From Nitrospira sp. (lineage in GTDB: Bacteria > Nitrospirota > Nitrospiria > Nitrospirales > Nitrospiraceae), in contig AP038806.1 of the NCBI GenBank assembly GCA_047150005.1, forward strand, positions 384,001 to 448,000: DNA of 64,000 nt. The letters are read 5' to 3'. Below are positions 60,923-64,000 of the stretch, piece by piece. A program made the translations under genes and the position numbers. The notes beneath the pieces are model-generated. The model worked only from the letters and a program-made list of their open reading frames with translations. It was not told the DNA's origin and did not search any database. Each line of letters begins with the position of its first letter. Position 1 is the first letter of the stretch.

Positions 60923-61237
60923 ATGAAGATCACCGGTTTAATCGCGTTGTCGTGTTTCGTGGCCGTGTTGGGGATCGCCCCCACAGCCGGAGCTGCGCCT
61001 GCGCAGCAGAACAAGATGAAGGCCTGTAACGCCGCGGCCGACGAAAAGGGGTTGTCGGGCGACGGCAAGGGAGAGGCGAGGCAAGCGTTTATGACGGAGT
61101 GCCTGTCGGCCAAGTCCGGCAAGGGGGGAAAAACGGCTCAGCAGGAAAAAATGAAAACGTGCAACAAAGAGGCTGGAGAGAAGAAGCTTGCAGGAGAGGA
61201 ACGGAAGCAGTTTATGAGCGGCTGTCTCTCAAGTTGA
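60923..61237 (+). CDS. psiF: PsiF-repeat protein
   Basis: AAGGAG SD; signal peptide; two QQxKMKxCN...G..R..FM..CLS repeats. Confidence 0.88.
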   Translation: MKITGLIALSCFVAVLGIAPTAGAAPAQQNKMKACNAAADEKGLSGDGKGEARQAFMTECLSAKSGKGGKTAQQEKMKTCNKEAGEKKLAGEERKQFMSGCLSS

Positions 61238-61246
61238 GGCGAGGAA

Positions 61247-61272
61247 CGGGGCGCGGGTCTTCTCGCGCCCCG
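61247..61272. terminator. GC-rich hairpin between convergent psiF and cysE
   Basis: CGGGGCGCG-8 nt-CGCGCCCCG perfect 9-bp stem; no clear U-tract. Confidence 0.5.
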
Positions 61273-61327
61273 CTGACGTGATGGCCTTGAAGCAGGAAAC
61301 CGTCAACGATGCGCGCGAAGCGGCGGA

Positions 61328-61981
61328 CTAGGATCGCGAAGGAGGGTTATCGCGGTTTTCGAGCTTCTTGCGCAGCTGGATCAGTTCCTGCTCGAGAGCC
61401 AGGAATCGATCGCTGATCGGATCGGGCAAGTTGGTCTGGTCCATCGTCGCGTCCGGCAACCGGTCTCCCTGGGTCTTGATCACGCGCGCCGGCACCCCCA
61501 CGACCGTCGAATTCGGGGACACGCTCTTGAGGACTACGGAATTGGCGCCAATCTTCACGTTGTCTCCGATCGTAATCCCACCGAGAATCTTGGCGCCGGC
61601 TCCCACCAGGACGTGATTGCCCAAGGTCGGATGGCGTTTGCCGCGCTCTTTTCCGGTACCTCCAAGCGTCACCCCCTGGAACAAGGTCACATGGTCGCCG
61701 ATCTCCGTTGTCTCACCGATGACCACGCCCATACCATGATCGATGAAGAAGCCGGTTCCGATCCTGGCCGACGGATGAATCTCGATGCCGGTCGCCCATC
61801 GGGCGACTTGCGAAATCAGCCGGGGAATGAAGGGCACCTTGTGGACTTTCAGCCAATGCGCGAGGCGATAGGCCACCAGAGCATGAAAACCGGCGTACGT
61901 GACGATGACCTCCGTGCGGCTGGTGGCCGCCGGGTCTCGATCGAAGACCGCCTGCAGATCCTGTCGGATGGCCTTGAACAC
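61328..61981 (-). CDS. cysE: Serine O-acetyltransferase
   Basis: [38 protein letters not shown]; probable GTG start at 61981. Confidence 0.95.
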   Translation of the reverse strand: MFKAIRQDLQAVFDRDPAATSRTEVIVTYAGFHALVAYRLAHWLKVHKVPFIPRLISQVARWATGIEIHPSARIGTGFFIDHGMGVVIGETTEIGDHVTLFQGVTLGGTGKERGKRHPTLGNHVLVGAGAKILGGITIGDNVKIGANSVVLKSVSPNSTVVGVPARVIKTQGDRLPDATMDQTNLPDPISDRFLALEQELIQLRKKLENRDNPPSRS

Positions 61982-62000
61982 GAATCTCAGTGTACGCCGG

Positions 62001-62492
62001 TCACACGGGCTCAATCAAACAAACGGCGTGCGCCGTCATGCCCTCTTCTCTCCCGACGGCGTCGAGCCCCTCCCCGCTTTTTACCTTCACGTTGACGAGA
62101 TCCGGATCAATCCCGGAAACCTCGGCCAACTTCTTCTGCATGCCCGGCAAGTGAGGCCCCAGGCGGGGCGCCTGCGCGACGATCACCGTGTCGATGTTGC
62201 CGATTCGATACCCCTTACTCTTGAGCTTGGAGACGACGTCCTCCAGCAACTTGAGACTGGAAATACCCCTGTACTTCGGATCAGAACTCGGAAAGTGCCG
62301 TCCCAGATCTCCTTCTCCCATCGCGCCCAGCAAGGCATCACAGACGGCGTGTACGAGCACGTCGGAATCCGAATGCCCCAACAGGCCTTTGTCGTAGGGA
62401 ATCTCCACGCCTCCCAGGATCAGCTTGCGTCCGACCCCCAGTGGATGCACGTCATAGCCGTATCCCACTCGCCATCCTGATCGCTTCGACAT
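62001..62492 (-). CDS. ispF: 2-C-methyl-D-erythritol 2,4-cyclodiphosphate synthase
   Basis: [26 protein letters not shown]. Confidence 0.96.
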   Translation of the reverse strand: MSKRSGWRVGYGYDVHPLGVGRKLILGGVEIPYDKGLLGHSDSDVLVHAVCDALLGAMGEGDLGRHFPSSDPKYRGISSLKLLEDVVSKLKSKGYRIGNIDTVIVAQAPRLGPHLPGMQKKLAEVSGIDPDLVNVKVKSGEGLDAVGREEGMTAHAVCLIEPV

Positions 62493-62501
62493 AGCGCTCC
62501 T

Positions 62502-63212
62502 TTAGATGGTGGACGAACGCCGGGACGAGAGAATCGCTTCGCCGATCAACAAGTCTTCGGGTCTCGTCACCTTGATGTTTTCTCCGTGGCCTTCCACAAC
62601 CGAAACCGGCCGGCCGAACCATTCGATGAGGTAGGCGTCGTCCGTGGCCTGGACCCCTTCGAGCTGCGCCTTTCGATGGGCTTCCACCAGCCATTCCCGT
62701 CTGAACGCTTGAGGGGTTTGTGCCAGCCAGAGAGGGGTCCGGTCCACCGTCCGTTCAATGACCCGGTCCGGCCCCACCTGCTTCACCGTGTCCCGCATGG
62801 GGAGCGCGACGATGGCGGCACCGCCGGCTCGTGCCGCCGCCACCACATCATCGATCATCCGGACCGTGACGAACGGACGGACGGCATCGTGAACGACCAC
62901 GATTTCGGTATCGGGGCCCACCCGGTTCAGCGCCAGACGGACCGAGTCTTGCCGCTCTTTTCCACCGGCCACGATCTCGGCGACCTTCGTGAAGCCGTGT
63001 GCACGGACGATATCGGATCGGCAGTAGTCGACGTCGGCTTCCGGCACGGCGAGCACGACGGCGTCGATCATGGCGGCGGACTGGAAGGCGCGCAGGGAAT
63101 GAACGACCAGAGGGAATCCGCCCAGAGCCAGAAACTGTTTGGGCACCCGCCCGCCCATCCGGAGCCCACGGCCCGCGGCGGGAATCAGGGCAACGATGCG
63201 TCGACTATCCAC
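62502..63212 (-). CDS. ispD: 2-C-methyl-D-erythritol 4-phosphate cytidylyltransferase
   Basis: [42 protein letters not shown]. Confidence 0.96.
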   Translation of the reverse strand: MDSRRIVALIPAAGRGLRMGGRVPKQFLALGGFPLVVHSLRAFQSAAMIDAVVLAVPEADVDYCRSDIVRAHGFTKVAEIVAGGKERQDSVRLALNRVGPDTEIVVVHDAVRPFVTVRMIDDVVAAARAGGAAIVALPMRDTVKQVGPDRVIERTVDRTPLWLAQTPQAFRREWLVEAHRKAQLEGVQATDDAYLIEWFGRPVSVVEGHGENIKVTRPEDLLIGEAILSSRRSSTI

Positions 63213-64000
63213 GAGCGACCTGCAACTCCTCTCGCTCCGTCTCCTCTTTGAGCCTGGTGAAGATCATGCGGCCGGCCGTGGTCTGGAGCACGCTGGTGAC
63301 GACGACGTCGACGTTCTTGCCGATGTATCGGCGAGCATTGTCCACGACGATCATCGTGCCGTCGTCGAGATAGGCGACCCCTTGCCCCGCTTCCTTGCCT
63401 TCCTTCAACACGAAGACGCGGATGGTCTCCCCCGGCAGCACAACCGGGCGCAGCGCATTGCACAGTTCGTTGATGTTGAGAACTCGAACCCCTTGCAGCT
63501 CGGCAACCTTATTGAGGTTCAGGTCGTTGGTGATGATCTTGGCGTTCATCTTCTTGGCCAGCACGACCAGCTTGGCGTCGACTTCCTTGACCTGCGGAAA
63601 GTCCTCGTCGATGATGCGCACGTCCACTTCCGGCATCTTCTGAACCTTGTTCAGGATGTCCAACCCGCGCCGGCCTCTGGCCCGTTTGAGGGAGTCAGAC
63701 GAGTCGGCGATGTGCTGCAGCTCGTCCAGGATGAAGTGCGGCACCAGAAACGTGCCTTCGAGAAATCCGGTTTCGCAGAGATCGGCCACGCGCCCATCGA
63801 TGATCACGCTGGTGTCGAGCACCTTGGGACACACCGTGTTTCCGGACAGCTCGAAAAACTTCTGCTCGGGGCTCGGCAGTTTCTCTTTGCCGAACCGGGC
63901 GCCGATGACCAGCCCCAGATAGGGCAGCCCCAACAGAAAGACCAGACCGCCGATGTGGAAAAGAAAGGTCTGGACGTCGAAAATCTCGCCGCCCACCCAC
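63205..64000 (-). CDS. PIN/TRAM-domain membrane protein (YacL-like), 5' end outside the window
   Basis: [56 protein letters not shown]. Confidence 0.92.
   Translation of the reverse strand, partial: WVGGEIFDVQTFLFHIGGLVFLLGLPYLGLVIGARFGKEKLPSPEQKFFELSGNTVCPKVLDTSVIIDGRVADLCETGFLEGTFLVPHFILDELQHIADSSDSLKRARGRRGLDILNKVQKMPEVDVRIIDEDFPQVKEVDAKLVVLAKKMNAKIITNDLNLNKVAELQGVRVLNINELCNALRPVVLPGETIRVFVLKEGKEAGQGVAYLDDGTMIVVDNARRYIGKNVDVVVTSVLQTTAGRMIFTRLKEETEREELQVARG

Overview
Bacterial chromosome segment whose gene content and protein style suggest Nitrospira/Nitrospirota (inference, not verified). Positions 1-27.6 kb form one minus-strand surface-polysaccharide locus. It opens with PilZ, an RfaH/NusG paralogue followed by an exact ops element, two Wza-like exporters, a beta-barrel, Wzc and a priming sugar transferase. 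It continues with two deacetylases, Wzm/Wzt split by an HTTM-DCC fusion gene, methyl- and glycosyltransferases and two pseudogene remnants. It ends with a DltABCD-like aminoacylation module and a HAD-UbiA phosphoribosyltransferase. A LuxR-type regulator is divergent from this locus. Positions 29-49 kb hold housekeeping genes (glgA, recO, mgtE, era, ftsB, eno, gatB/A/C with panD, glmS, glmU, tmk, holB, metG). Positions 49-56 kb form a metal-homeostasis block: CDF, COG0523 GTPase, PAP2, a TonB-C protein, and a TonB-dependent receptor preceded by a His-rich leader ORF ending in RAPP. Positions 56-64 kb carry DAHP synthase, tatD, an NYN RNase, an amidase, truA, psiF, cysE, ispF, ispD and a PIN-TRAM gene. 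The best leads are the RAPP leader whose codons are an anti-SD for the receptor gene, the Dlt-like module with a fused DltX-like tail, and the ops/RfaH pair. No rRNA, tRNA, CRISPR array or transposase was seen.
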